A stretch of DNA of 39,321 bases from Nemertoderma westbladi (taxonomy: Eukaryota > Animalia > Xenacoelomorpha): positions 1 through 39,321 of the forward strand of contig JAUCBJ010006265.1 in NCBI GenBank assembly GCA_032718475.1. Reading direction: 5' to 3'. A program made the translations under genes and the position numbers. Positions within the stretch are counted from its first letter, which is position 1, and each line of letters starts with the position of its first letter. Positions 1 to 13,300 of the stretch are shown here, one piece after another. The notes under the pieces were generated by a model. It made no database searches. It was not told the origin of the DNA and saw nothing but the letters and a program-made list of their open reading frames with translations.

Positions 1-2100
1 TAACACTTTGACTAACAATAGACATATTTTCTGATGCTATGGAAAGGTCAGTCTCACTACCAATCTCACTAAGGTTCTCAATTTGAGACATGTTTACCTT
101 ATTACCCTACCAGTCTAAAAACTATAAATTATAGTTGAAAATGCCAGAGGTAAATAAAAATATGTACTTTATACTGGCAGAAAATTTAACTGGTACCGGT
201 ATGTTTTGTGTATGACAACTGTTCTTAAATAATTCAATATTGGTTGCTGTAAGCTAGATGAGAATGTATATAGTTTTATAGTAGGCTATAGTAGGCTATA
301 GTATAGTAACCTATCTACAGTATATATCTATACAAGTGTAGTAGGCCAGGCCTACCAACACGATACACGTCTGCACGTTTACTCTAATGATCTAGAACGA
401 ATGTAACTATATCTTGGGATTTTGGATAGGCCTATGACCAAATATCCAATATAATACGGTAATATAACCCAAACAAAGGTTATACAATTCTGCAATTGCA
501 GGTCGCACAGTACCGGTAGCCTAGCTTACCTGCCTACTGCAATACATAACATAAGTACAGAAGTAAGTAAAAAAGATCAATTGAATAGACTATCAATAAT
601 TATATGTAATTGCGCCATGGGCTACTCAAATTATAAAGTATAGAGAAACTGAACAAATGGGCATAGTATTATATAACATAAGGCATATTTAAATGACCTA
701 CTTTTAATTACAGTAAATTATTAGTAGGCCTATACCCTACAACTATGTTGCAGTGCAGGTCGTGCTTAAAGACTCAACAACTACAACGTCTAGCCAACCA
801 TATAATACTGTAATATACCTTCATAGAACCGGTAAATATATAAATATAGGCCTATTTATCAGGGTTCTAAACATATATTATACAAAAGAGCAAAAGTACC
901 GGTATATCAGTATATATACTGTAATATAGACACTATTCCGCTATAGAGATTGGTCTAGCTGCCTAGATAATGACGGGACCGTATTAAAATACTTGTTTAC
1001 CTACCCTTTTCACCTGATCCAGGGCGTTATAATACCACAATTAACTTGAAATATAATGTACCGGTATTATAAATCTACTAACGGACTATAGACAAAATAT
1101 AATGAAACTTACCTTTTCCATGACTTTTTCTTTCAAGTCCACAAAAAAGACGCCGACAGTACAAAAGTCTCACACCAAGCAGCCTGTAATATCAACCAGA
1201 ACAGAATAGATCGCCAGTTGACAGCTCTTGGATGTTTATTCGAAAACTTCCGCTACTGGGCCTTACCTGTTACCCTTAACGACAATAAATCCAAAACATT
1301 GTCTATTTTACTAGGCCTATGCAGCAATGACCATACACACAAACAAAACGCTCCATACATACAGACATATACCTGTATACTGATATGATATATACACATA
1401 ACAGCATAACTAAGGCAGTAAGGTACAGTAACAGTTGCCAGCACACACCACACCTGACCACGAATACGATAATTCACACAATCAACCAAAACATAAACAC
1501 ATATATACACTAGCAGATTTAATTAACAGTACCGGTACCGGTCTGCCGGTAATACTGTAATACAGTCAACCTCAACAGTACCGGTCGGCCGGTAATACAG
1601 TAATAGTGGCATTTATAGAAATAGCCTATCCGATAAAATATAAATAAAATTTTGATTGGTTGTCCCACCTGATTTATAAATGAGTATGTACTGTGGTACA
1701 AAGCAAACTACTATAAATTTTATTAGTTTTTGTTAAAAATGTTAAACCGTGAATGCAGGAATAAGTATTATCGCTATCACGGTTTATCAATAGCGATAAA
1801 CTTCCTAAGCAATTTGAGTTGTGGCAGAATCTTTGACGCGTAAATATGCTTAAACCTTCGGTTTCTTGGAATAACTGTGAACCAATCCCAAAAGATTGGA
1901 CAATCAAGCCCCCCGGGGAAGGTCCCTAATAATGCGGTCCATAACTGATACATAGGCCCAGGTATTTGGTCACTGGCCTATGCAGACAGTCAGCGTCTAT
2001 GCCCGTTCAGCCCTCCACACCCACAACCCTTTCACCATGGCACAACCACCTCACGAAGAACTCAACATATCTGATTTCATCTGTATGTTGATGAGTCTGA

Positions 2101-2161
2101 ATGTTACAGTCTGACAGTGTTATAATAAAACCGACTGAAATACTAAAATATGTTTTTAACA
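2101..2161. repeat. 61-bp direct repeat, copy 1 (copy 2 at 4106-4166)
   Basis: ATGTTACAGTCTGACAGTG...TATGTTTTTAACA is identical at 2101-2161 and 4106-4166. Confidence 0.95.
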
Positions 2162-2707
2162 GATGATCAGTTTGTAACTGTGCTTGTCGAAATAGAAGCA
2201 ATAATAAATTCACGTCCTTTAGTAGGTCAAACCACTGATATTAATGACCCTCAGGTCATCACACCAGGACATTTACTTATGACCAATCCTTCTGCCATCA
2301 TACCTCGTTGTGAACCTGAAGAATGTCACCAATATGCACGAAAGGCGTGGAAGGTAACGCAATATGTTGCTCAACGTTTCTGGGACCATTGGTTAAAATA
2401 CTATATACCATCATTGAGTATCCGTTCCCAGTGGTATTATACCAATAGAAACCTATCAGTAGGTGACCTAGTTCTAATAACGGATGAGAATATACCCAGA
2501 CGTGAGTGGTTAACTGCTAGAATATTGGAAGTGAAGCCTGACTCAGCTGGTCTTGTAAGATCTGTAGAGCTTCTAACCATCCATGGTTCCAAACTAAAAC
2601 GCCCAGTACAACGACTGTGTTTATTGGAAGAAGCTCGGAAAGATATAGGTGACTACACCAAGAAATTGTCTCGTACAGACGCATTGAAGACTTCTGTTTT
2701 GCATTGA
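2150..2707 (+). pseudogene. BEL/Pao integrase C-terminal fragment (end of core plus DUF5641-type tail), 5'-truncated
   Basis: EIEAIINSRPL, ITPGHLL, FWDHWLKYYIPSL, VGDLVLI, RPVQRLCLLE are typical BEL/Pao integrase tail motifs and align with ORF 37538-38215. Upstream pol is absent. Confidence 0.9.
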
Positions 2708-3445
2708 CTGTTATTATGCTATATTCTATAATATACGATATTTTAAGTTTTATTTCGTATATATTATTGTTGTATTAGTCCTAGATGTGAATAATACGGG
2801 AAATGTACTATGCTAGGTCAAGTAAGTATATGGTCTCTAGCATCATTTATGTTCAAGTTTTAGTTCATTACATAATTTGGAAAAAGGTTAGTTATTTTTG
2901 TTGTTGGAATATATTTTAGTGTGATTATAATGAAATTGATTTATGACTATGTGAGTTGACTATTAATTTACATATGGAAAATAAGTATGTGTGTATGATA
3001 TACTGTATATTTTTTTTTTTATTCCTTAAAGTAAAGATCAAATATATCGTTATATACATTTATTTGATCTTGTGGCAAAAAATTGAAGTTACACATAACT
3101 AAGATTATGTGTATTGATTAAGTTGGTTGTTTCACAATCAGGATAGTAAAAAATTATTGTGGTTTTCTTGACAAAATGGTATTTAACAGAGTTGAGAAAA
3201 TATACTGATTGAGTCAGGCAAACTAACTATAAATTTTATCCAAAGCAGGAAATAATAATTTTAAATATTTTCGGATATTATATCAAAATAATTTCAAATA
3301 TTTGGAATTCTGTGAGCTGGACTATTGGGCTCTCTGTATGTAATGTTTGGTTTAAATTGGTATTTATTCCCGATAGTATTTGCTGCTGCCTATTAATAAG
3401 TCTTAGTAAGTCTAAAACACCATACTCAAGTAAAATTGCAGTGAA

Positions 3446-3652
3446 GCACCACAATGCGCTTCTTTGATGATCGCACCCCACTGCGCTTCTTTGATGATCG
3501 CACCACACTGCGCTTCTTTGATGATCGCACCCCATTGCGCTTCTTTGATGATCGCACCACAATGCGCTTCTTTGATGATCGCACCACACTGCGCTTCTTT
3601 GATGATCGCACCACAATGCGCTTCCTTGTCGCTTGCACCACAACGCGCTTCT
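3446..3652. repeat. 27-bp minisatellite, 6 near-perfect plus 2 degenerate copies
   Basis: Unit GCACC(A/C)CA(A/C/T)TGCGCTTCTTTGATGATC repeated head-to-tail from 3446. Confidence 0.95.
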
Positions 3653-4106
3653 TATAGCACTACAGGTCTATAGTAAACAGATTACTATTGAGGAATAGAA
3701 TAGTCAATGATTGACTCTCTGCCTATTTGGATGTGTCGACCTTTTGGATTAAAAGATCAATGCGAATATATATATATATGAACAATAGCCCACATGGATA
3801 GATATATTTATTGGATTTGTATAGATTCTTGTGATGTATTTCAAATATTGAGTGAAAGTATTTTATCTATACATATATAAAGACATCAGAGCTGTACTTT
3901 ATAGTATTATTAATTGTAAGACAATGATTCTAAGTACTTTATTATATTACTTTATTAGACTTGTATAGATTCTTGTCATGTATTTCAAATATTGTGCTAT
4001 TGTCAGTAATTTGTCAAAAACCTTTGTAAATGTTCATTGCGTCCTATTTTTTGTAAATTTATATAAAGGATTATCCAAATTTAGGGAGCGGTGGTATAAG
4101 ATCCGA

Positions 4107-4273
4107 TGTTACAGTCTGACAGTGTTATAATAAAACCGACTGAAATACTAAAATATGTTTTTAACAAAAACCTGCCACACTAACAAGTTATATGAAATGT
4201 AATTCCATACCGGTAGCACCATCTTTATATATAGGTAAAATACCATCAATACACGCTAGGTGGCGTCCTTACA
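4107..4273. mobile_element. Putative short LTR abutting a truncated gag
   Basis: TGTTACA...CCTTACA termini. A PPT-like AGGGAGCGG lies at 4083-4091 and TATATAAA is on the minus strand. The gag frame is cut at 4273. No TSD found and orientation is ambiguous. Confidence 0.4.
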
Positions 4274-6020
4274 ATGCCTGTTCGTAACCATTGTGTATAC
4301 TTTGGTAACATTCTATTAACCTACGTGGCTCGCCTATAGTGAATTGAATTAGATACATTAACTTTTTACAATCTAAAATAGGTTTAGAACTTATAAGGTT
4401 GTGAAAGGTTTGCTGGAAGCGTAAAAAATCTACTGGTTTTCCATCAAACTTGATAGGGTCTGGGCGAGGAAGACTCAGTCTAAGTAAAATAGAATGGTCT
4501 AGGTTATCTGATGGGTTGGACTGGGAATTCATTGTTTTTGTATCGGTCGATCGTGTGGGGAAATTCTCAGGACCTGTAATATTTGAACTTGGATAGTACA
4601 TTGTATGATTCTGAGTAGAATTAGCGCTCGATACACTGCTGAAAATGTTACTGGGTTATAAGGACTGGCTGTAGGGTTAAGATGAGATTGAATCGGATAA
4701 GTTGGGTGTATATTGGAATAGTCATTTACAGTTAAATTTCGTTGTACGGAAGTAGTCATACCAGGATGTGAACTAGAATAGACGGTGTTAGTTAATATAG
4801 GATTGTTTGATAGTGGGACACAAATATTACTCACGGAATAAACAGGAACTGCTACAGATGGTATACAATTATTATTCATAGAGTATGAAGTTTCGTAAGT
4901 ATGGTTTGAATGAATACTAGTTTTATGGCTGTTTGAATCAACAGCAACACTAGATGGCGCTATTGCTACATTACTGGGCTTTAAATTTCCAGATAGTTCT
5001 TGGCTGTAAAATTCCTCTTCTAATATGGCATTTTCTAATTCCATTTGTCTGGATAAGTGTTCTCGTTTTGAATTGAGTTTCAAGTCTAACGTATTTAATT
5101 CAGTTAAGCGTTGTGATTGTTCTAGATTTAATTTAGATTTTTGAACTTTGAGACGTGCTGCACGAGCAAGTGAAGATAATTTGGAATTAGAAGTGGATAT
5201 TTTGCTACCAGACACTGTATTACTAACAGAATCGTGGACTCCTACATCATCTTGTAACTTTTGGTTCGTATAACTTACAGTTCTTTTGGATATTATATCA
5301 CCGAATGTGCGTCGAGTACCTGAGAACGATCGAGACAAATTATCAGCGTGTGGCTGTGAGCTATCCTGTAAAGGAGAATCTGAGGCAGTAAACTTATTCT
5401 TAATAAGTACAGTTTTAGGTTTTACTGAATTCGTTATAGAGTTATCACTCCGTTGAGATACCTGAACTTGTACGTACAGTACTGTAAAATGGTTTATCAC
5501 TTTGCGGGGGCTTGTGAGATCCACATATAATGGTGTCATCTATTGGGATCGAACTAGCTGGAGAACCTGAAACAAATTCTTTAGATGATTGATCTAATGT
5601 ACTGGAAGCTATAGCTCGTTCTTTAGAAGCTCCGACAATGACAGAATAACTCTCAAATAAATTATTTAATTCGTTTAATTGCGTGGAAATAACGTTCAGA
5701 TCGCTACGAATTTTAGTTGAAGTGTTCATATCTTTATTATAATCAGAAAGTGAGATCAATTTTCTCGCCTTATTTTCGTACTTACCAAATGCAATTTTGA
5801 CGTCACACCAGAGAGTTGCGACAGTTTTGAATGGTTGTTCATCGTCTATGGAGGACCTGAAGCGGTTTCCGAGCTTCGTGAATGTAGATTTGAATCCACC
5901 CAGTATTCTTCCGTGACTCAGAAGATCCGTTAGAGATTCGTGGTCATCAGCAACGGCATTGGTGGCGGCTGCGGCTGCGGCTTGGTTTCCATCTGATGAT
6001 GCACCGTGGTCAGAGTTCAT
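4274..6020 (-). pseudogene. BEL/Pao gag, frameshifted twice and truncated within the DUF1759-like region
   Basis: Three overlapping ORFs (5445-6020, 4529-5539, 4269-4601). The last has LPRPDPIKFDGKPVDFLRF...KLMYLIQFTIGEPRRLI...GYEQAL, homologous to the Gag at 10684-12042. Confidence 0.85.
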
Positions 6021-6102
6021 CTTTGAGAATTTCTACTGTACTTCAATCTATATTACTGTAGGTATACTTCAGGAAGAGCTCACGACAAGATTTTTTACGA
6101 AA

Positions 6103-6251
6103 TGTGCGTGTACTAATACTCAAGGTGACGCTAAATTTTCATTATATTAACATGCTCATAAAAAAGGAAATAAAGACGGAATAGTACATAAACATGATCA
6201 TATTCAAAAACAAAGAAAAATAAGTGCGTATCTTTGCGGCGTTAGCAAACA
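6103..6251 (-). mobile_element. Putative short 5' LTR of the 4274-6020 gag element
   Basis: Minus strand TGTTTGC...CGCACA, directly upstream of gag and cutting the satellite unit sharply at 6251/6252. No second copy to confirm it. Confidence 0.4.
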
Positions 6252-9055
6252 CTCCCTGTTAATATTGTTGTGTTGTAGAATATTTATTATAGTTTCATCG
6301 TATTGCCAAAGCGGCTGGACCCAAAGTTAATATGTAATGCAATAATTCACCTCAAATATCTCAACTATTTCATGAATATAATGAGTATTAAATCCTTGTA
6401 AAAATCCTTGGTGTTTTTCAGCAATAATTTATTAAAATCTCCTCTGATTTTTTACAAAAAACGACATCGATTTTCATATTTATAACTTCTAACCCACTCC
6501 ACGAGATAGAGAATCTTAAATGAAAGTCATAAGAACAGGCAACACTTTCATTAATAGAAGTAATCAGCTGTTATTTGCTTCGTCTTTCCCCAGGAGATGG
6601 ATGAAATTTGATTGCGTCGGAACACCCCCTTTTTGAGGCTCTCAGAGTGAAGATATAAGTAGCCTATTTCCCTGTTAATTTTGTTCTGTTGTAGAATATT
6701 TATTATAGTTTCATCGAATTGCCAAAGCGGCTGGAGCCGAAGTTAATATGTGATACAATAATTCACCTCAAATTTCTCAGCTATTTCATGAATATAATGA
6801 GTATTAAAGCCATGTCAAAATCCTTGGGGTTTTTCAGCAATAATTTATCAAACTATCCTCTGATTTTTTTACAAAAAACGACATCGATTTTCATATTCAT
6901 GACTTCTATCCCAGTCCACAAGATACAGAATCTTAAATGAAAGTCAAAGGAGCAGGTAACACTTACATTTATAGAAGTAATCAGCTGTTCTTTGCTTCTT
7001 CTCTCCACTGGAGATGGATGAATTTTGATTCCATCGGAACACCCCTCCCTATCTGTGGCTGTCTGAATGGAGAGATAAGTAGCCTATCTCCCTGTTAATA
7101 TTGTTGTGTTCTAGAATATTTATTATGGTTTCATCGAATTGCCAAAGCGGCTGGAGCCGAAGTTAATATGTGATACAATAATTCACCTCAAATTTCTCAG
7201 CTATTTCAGGAATATAATGAGTATTAAAGCCATGTCAAAATCCTTGGGGTTTTTCAGCAATAATTTATCAAAATATCCTCTGATTTTTTTTCAAAAACCA
7301 CATCGATTTTCATATTTATAACTTCTAACCCACTCCACGAGATAGAGAATCTTAAACGAAAGTCATAAGAACAGGTAACACTTTTATTTATAGAAGTATT
7401 CAGCTGTTATTTGCTTCGTCTTTCCCCAGGAGATGGATGAATTTTGATTGCGTCGGAACACCCCCTTTTTGGGGCTCTCAGAGTGGAGAGATAAGTAGCC
7501 TATCTCCCTGTTAATATTGTTGTGTTGTAGAATATTTATTATAGTTTCATCGTATTGCCAAAGCGGCTGGAGCCAAAGTTAATATGTAATGCAATAATTC
7601 ACCTCAAATATCTCAACTATTTCATGAATATAATGCAATGAGTATTAAATCCTTGTAAAAATCCTTGGTGTTTTTCAGCAATAATTTATTAAAATCTCCT
7701 CTGATTTTTTACAAAAAACGACATCGATTTTCATATTTATAACTTCTAACCCACTCCACGAGATAGAGAATCTTAAATGAAAGTCATAAGAACAGGCAAC
7801 ACTTTCATTTATAGAAGTAATCAGCTGTTATTTGCTTCGTCTTTCCCCAGGAGATGGATGAAATTTGATTGCGTCGGAACACCCCCTTTTTGAGGCTCTC
7901 AGAGTGAAGATATAAGTAGCCTATTTCCCTGTTAATTTTGTTCTGTTGTAGAATATTTATTATAGTTTCATCGAATTGCCAAAGCGGCTGGAGCCGAAGT
8001 TAATATGTGATACAATAATTCACCTCAAATTTCTCAGCTATTTCATGAATATAATGAGTATTAAAGCCATGTCAAAATCCTTGGGGTTTTTCAGCAATAA
8101 TTTATCAAACTATCCTCTGATTTTTTTACAAAAAACGACATCGATTTTCATATTCATGACTTCTATCCCAGTCCACAAGATACAGAATCTTAAATGAAAG
8201 TCAAAGGAGCAGGTAACACTTACATTTATAGAAGTAATCAGCTGTTCTTTGCTTCTTCTCTCCACTGGAGATGGATGAATTTTGATTCCATCGGAACACC
8301 CCTCCCTATCTGTGGCTGTCTGAATGGAGAGATAAGTAGCCTATCTCCCTGTTAATATTGTTGTGTTCTAGAATATTTATTATAGTTTCATCGTATTGCC
8401 AAAGCGGCTGGAGCCGAAGTTAATATGTGTTACAATAATTCACCTCAAATATCTTAGCTATTTCATGAACATAATGAAGTATTAAAGCCATGTCAAAATA
8501 ATTGGGATTTTTCAGCAATAATTTATTAAAATTTCCTCTGATTTTTTTCAAAAACCACATCGATTTTCATATTTATAACTTCTAACCCACTCCACGAGAT
8601 AGAGAATCTTAAACGAAAGTCATAAGAGCAGGTAACTCTTTCATTTATAGAAGTAATCAGCTGTTCTTTGCTTCTTCTTTCCACTGGAGATGGATGAATT
8701 TTGATTCCATCGGAACACCCCTCCCTATCTGTGGCTGTCTGAATGGAGAGATAAGTAGCCTATCTCCCTGTTAATATTGTTGTGTTCTAGAATATTTATT
8801 ATAGTTTCATCGTATTGCCAAAGCGGCTGGAGCCGAAATTAATATGTAATGCAATAATTCACCTCAAATTTCTCAGCTATTTCATGAATATAATGAGTAT
8901 TAAATCCTTGTCAAAATCCTTGGTGTTTTTCAGCAATAATTTATTAAAATCTCCTTTGATTTTTTACAAAAAACGACATCGATTTTCATATTCATGACTT
9001 CTAACCCACTCCATGAGATAGAGAATCTTAAATGAAAATCAAAAGAACAGGTAAC
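6252..9055. repeat. Satellite array, ~416-421 bp monomer, ~6.7 copies
   Basis: Monomer starts (TCCCTGTTAAT motif) near 6252, 6668, 7088, 7504, 7925, 8345, 8764. Confidence 0.97.
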
Positions 9056-9305
9056 TGTTAAACTGGCGCGACCCCTAATACTGACAGCAGAACTGTTGAA
9101 CAGACAAATACCCGTATACCTCTCTGCCAACCTAATGAGTTCTCGCCTAACCAATAAGACATAAAGACTGCTCTACTGTTAAGTAAAGGGGATCAGGAGC
9201 GTGTTATTACTAAAATGTAAGGCTGCTAAATACAAAACCGCTACTTACCGTTGGATGGCGCTAATCTGCCGTCCGCTAATATATTTTACTAAATTTACAC
9301 GACTC
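9056..9305 (-). repeat. Truncated 3' LTR of the outer element (terminal 250 bp only)
   Basis: Matches 27750-27999 with 3 substitutions seen by eye, then diverges abruptly after ACACGACTC. Confidence 0.95.
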
Positions 9306-9604
9306 GAGTGCCGGGGCCGCAGCCGCTGGAGCAGCTATTGCGAAACAATTAACCGTGGACGGTAATAATGGTTAAAACGGGAGTAACATTTAGAAAATTA
9401 TATTTAGTATCGAGTAAACCGTTAGCTACTGATTTAAAACCTCAAGATATACCTAGAGTAAATACTACAAAAAGAAAACCCTTCAAAACATTGATTACAT
9501 AATTAAAAAATTATGGAGACATAATTAAAAAATTTCAGTTGTTCTTACGGTGATGCCCTTTATAAGAGATTTGAATATACATATTACTTGCGGTTGTCGA
9601 AAAG

Positions 9605-9952
9605 ATGCCACGCAAGATGAAACCGATTTTAAGCCGAACCTTAGACAAAAAACTGTTAAGAATTTATTTAGATCCTTCATCCCCTGCGGGATTTGCAAGT
9701 GTTGCAAAATTAGCAAAAGCTGCAAACATCAAACCAGCATAAGCCCAGAAATGGTTGAGCAGGCAAAAGACATACACCCTTCACGCTCCACGTAGACATC
9801 ATTATCCAACATCTAAAATATTTACGGGAGGCTTAAAAGATATATATATATGATAGATCTGGTGGATATGCAGCAATATAAATCGCAAAATAATAATTAT
9901 AACTATATATTAACATGTATTGATGCCTTTAGCAGGCTTGCTTTTGCCTATG
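9605..9952 (+). pseudogene. Polinton retroviral-like integrase, N-terminal part
   Basis: Manual translation: MPRKMKP...IYLDPSSPAGF...KWLSRQKTYTLHAPRR...IDLVDMQQYKSQNNNYNYILTCIDAFSRLAFAY. Stop at 9740-9742 and a (TA)n slip at ~9841-9851. The frame continues at 16100 after removing the insertion. Confidence 0.88.
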
Positions 9953-10347
9953 TGTGACGGGATCCAAGAGGGATCCCGGTTTACCCGTTGTTAGTTCACG
10001 CGTCCCCGCCGTGTATAAGGAGTGAATGAGTTTGTGCTGTTTGTCGTATATAATATTTGGATATGCAGATATAGATATAGATATAGATATGAGATAATAT
10101 TGTCGTATACAGAAGGCGGGATACGGTAACTAAAGTCCCGGTCCTTCCCTAGCTAACTATGTAACCTAATCTAGCACCGGTATTGCACTGAGATAACTGA
10201 ATTGGTATGATTACTGCCAAGTGGCTATATTGCACGGTTGGCCTTGTTACTCTACCTAATCGATGCCTTTCCCCCCTCTGATTGGTTGATACCCTTGTTG
10301 GCGCCCTTTGGAGTGTTCCCGTTCACTTCACCTATTCTCTCTGGGTT
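9953..10347 (-). repeat. Truncated 3' LTR of the inner element
   Basis: Matches 15548-15943 with ~3 substitutions and 1 indel, then runs directly into protease-region coding sequence. Confidence 0.95.
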
Positions 10348-13300
10348 GTCATTGGGCAGTCCATGCCTACTATGATGGACACCTTCCTAACGTCCACGTC
10401 TGGGATTGAGAAGTCAATGTCGTCCAGGAATTTATACTGCTCGACCTCGATGTTGGTTGGCCGCCTGGCATTGATATTAATTGACTCTATCACTTGGATG
10501 GGGTCGATGGTTGCCCCATAGTTGCATCCCGGTGCCACTGCTGCAATTGCGCACCGTCCTGTCCTCATCTCCAGGATCTCATCTTTGCTAGAGATGGTTG
10601 TTACCGCCATTCTGCTTGGCCTCGTTCTCAATCCTATCTCTTCGGCCACCCATTCCTCGACTAATGTGAAGGCAGCTCCACTATCAACCAGCATTAGCGT
10701 TGTTACTGATCGATTGCCTTCCCCAATCACTCACACGGGTACTACTCCAAGTAGCACCGTTCCTCTCTTCTTCGCTCCTACTGTGCTCGTCGCCATCGTT
10801 TGGCCTCTCCTTTGACCAAACTTGACCGGCTTCTCCTTGCACTCCCTTGCTCTTTGTCCACTCATTACACATCGCGAAGCAGACATTATTGCTCAACGCA
10901 TAATCTATCTGATCTTGCCTAGGTAGCGCCTGCCAGTACCTGCAGTTCATGGTTTGATGAAACGCATTTGCGTGTAGCTGGCATTTGCTCTTTGGGTCGT
11001 AGCCCTCTTTATACAGCGCATTGCGTATCGCAGTTGCGTTCGTACCAAAGTCCCTACTATTCTTATTGTTTGGATTCAGCCTACTGGACGTACTGGGGTT
11101 ATGTTTATTCGTGTTGTTATTGTTTCCCTGTCCGTTCCATGGTGTTGTCTTATCCTCGGCTAGCTGTGGACTTGCAGTCCCCTGCGTCGCTGCATATGGC
11201 AATGATTGCCTAAGTCTCGGTAATGCGTTTGATGTGTTATGCTCTGGTTTCGGTCTATGGTAGTCTGTCTTCGGTCCCTTTCCCAGGCTGTCTTCGCTAT
11301 AGACTGGGTCAGTTATTAGTTCAGCCTCGTAGTTTAAGAAGTTTGACATTTCTTCTAAACCCGGTTCCGCACCCTTCTTATCTCGAGTGGAGAAGGCGAT
11401 TTTTCTCCACTTGTTGCGCAGCCAGTTTGGTAGTGCCTGCGCTATCGTGGTGATGTTGTTGGACGCATTGAGCTCGTACGGCGCGTCTAGCGTCTTCAGC
11501 ACGATTAGCGCCTTTTCGACTTTGTTAGCGAACGTCTTAATGCTAACGGGATTATCCTGTAGGCCACCCGATGTTATGCCTCTCAGCGTCTGCCTGATGA
11601 TCTTGGCCGGGTGCCCGTATTCCCTATCCAGTGCCCGCCATGCTGTCGTGAAGCCGCCCTCTATTCCTTGATATTGCCTCACGATATCGTATGCTGGGCC
11701 TCCCGTGTACACTTGCAGATACTTTAGGCACTCCGCCTGCGTCAAGTTTTTTGTTAGTATTTCGTTACTATACATGCGCCGAAACTGTAGATATTCTTCC
11801 GGCCTGCTCCCATCGAATTTGAATGGTTCCACGGGTGGTAGCTCGATCCTCGTTTTCAACGCATCGATCAACGTGGCCATCCCCATCGCCTGTGCTTCCA
11901 ATGGGTTCGATGGATGCTGTATAGTTTCTCCTGTCTGGTGCGTTCCGTCTGTCCTATTTCTTGACTTTCTCTGACTTGGGTATGTCATCGGGGGTAGCGG
12001 CCCCCTCCATATGTCTGTATCACACGACCTATTCTCATCCAAGGGTCTCGTTGTTCTTGCTCCTATCGGGGTATATTGTTGATATTGTGGTGGGGGAATG
12101 TCACCCTGTCCCCCCCCCCACCGGTATGTTTGGTACTGGGGTTGATGTTAATATGTTGGGGCCCATGCACCTATCCGCAATAATTCCCCCCTCCCCTGGG
12201 TATATGTTATGTCCCTGCATGCTGTAGTCATACTGCTGTACTGGTACCGGTATAGGCCTATCAGCTTCTGGCCTACCCGCCGGTATGTATTCCGCGACTT
12301 CCGGGTTTAATCCCGTTGTCCACGCTATCCTATCGCCTACATTGCCTCTCTCAGTATGGCCTATGGTATGTGCAGTAAGGCCTACAGTATGTCCTACAGT
12401 CTGCATGTGTTGTTCGGGATCGAAGTTTATTCTTCTCGAATAATCCTCCCCGCGGCTACCGTATTCTCGATCGATAGGTGTATTCCGTCGGAAAGTTTCT
12501 CTTCGACCCCCCCCCTCTACTGTTCTCGTCTTCGTACCGGTACATCGCGTACCCCTCCATCGGCGCGTAGTGCGCCTCGCCGGGTCGCATCTCTCCGGGG
12601 CGACGGCAATCTCCCGGAGTCCGACCCCACTGACTCTCCGTCCTCATCTCAACTACCGACGGCTCGCTATCCGTCCTCGCTCTTCTATCGTTCGCGGCGA
12701 TACTCTCTACTACTGTCTTCTCTTCTTCTCCTTTCAGTGGAATATTCCCGTTCGTGAGATCTCTCGTCGACCTCCCGGTTAAACCCCACTGTTCTTCTTC
12801 CCTCTTCTGATCGGGCTCGACGCTTCGTCCGCCCTCTTACGACGTCAACCTGTCTCTCTCTGCTCGGTCGCACGCCGCTGGGGATACTCGCAATCCCCCT
12901 ATTACTTTCCGTCGCCGGTTGTTGCGGTTTACCTATTTCGGCCCTCGCATTATCCGCTGACGGCTGTGGGACACTCTCTGCCCCCCCCCCCCTTTCGCCG
13001 CTAACTCGCTGTTGTGGGGCTCTCGTAGCCCCCCCCCCCCCCCCCCCCACTCGCCACATCTAACTTCGCTATCTCTCATCCCGCTACTATATCCCTCTCT
13101 AGTCGACACATCAACCCTACCGCGGTCGGGTCTATTCACCCCCGCCTCTCTCTCTGCTATTGCGTGGCCTACCAGGCCCTCTGCTCCCTGCCTACCGACT
13201 ATGTGGCCTACCAGGCCCTCGCTGGGTCTATTCAACCCAGCCACTCCCTGCCTACCAACTACGTGGCCTACCAGGCCCTCGCTGGGTCTATTCAACCCAG

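Noticed and set aside
990-1270. Minus-strand host exons suggested by CTTACC donor-like sites
   Set aside because: No convincing acceptors, open exon chain or recognisable protein.
3446-3652. CRISPR-like appearance of the 27-bp array and its multi-frame ORFs
   Set aside because: Units are contiguous with no unique spacers and there are no cas genes. The ORFs are by-products of a stop-free repeat.
6252-6667. Hammerhead ribozyme, 5S rRNA, tRNA or snRNA inside the satellite monomer
   Set aside because: No CTGATGA...GAAA core or recognisable RNA gene seen on either strand; a covariance search was not possible.
6719-8997. Recurring MPKRLEPK... ORFs (also 30161-31173) as a gene family
   Set aside because: They start at TTG, vary in length by frameshifts and are simply satellite monomer translations.
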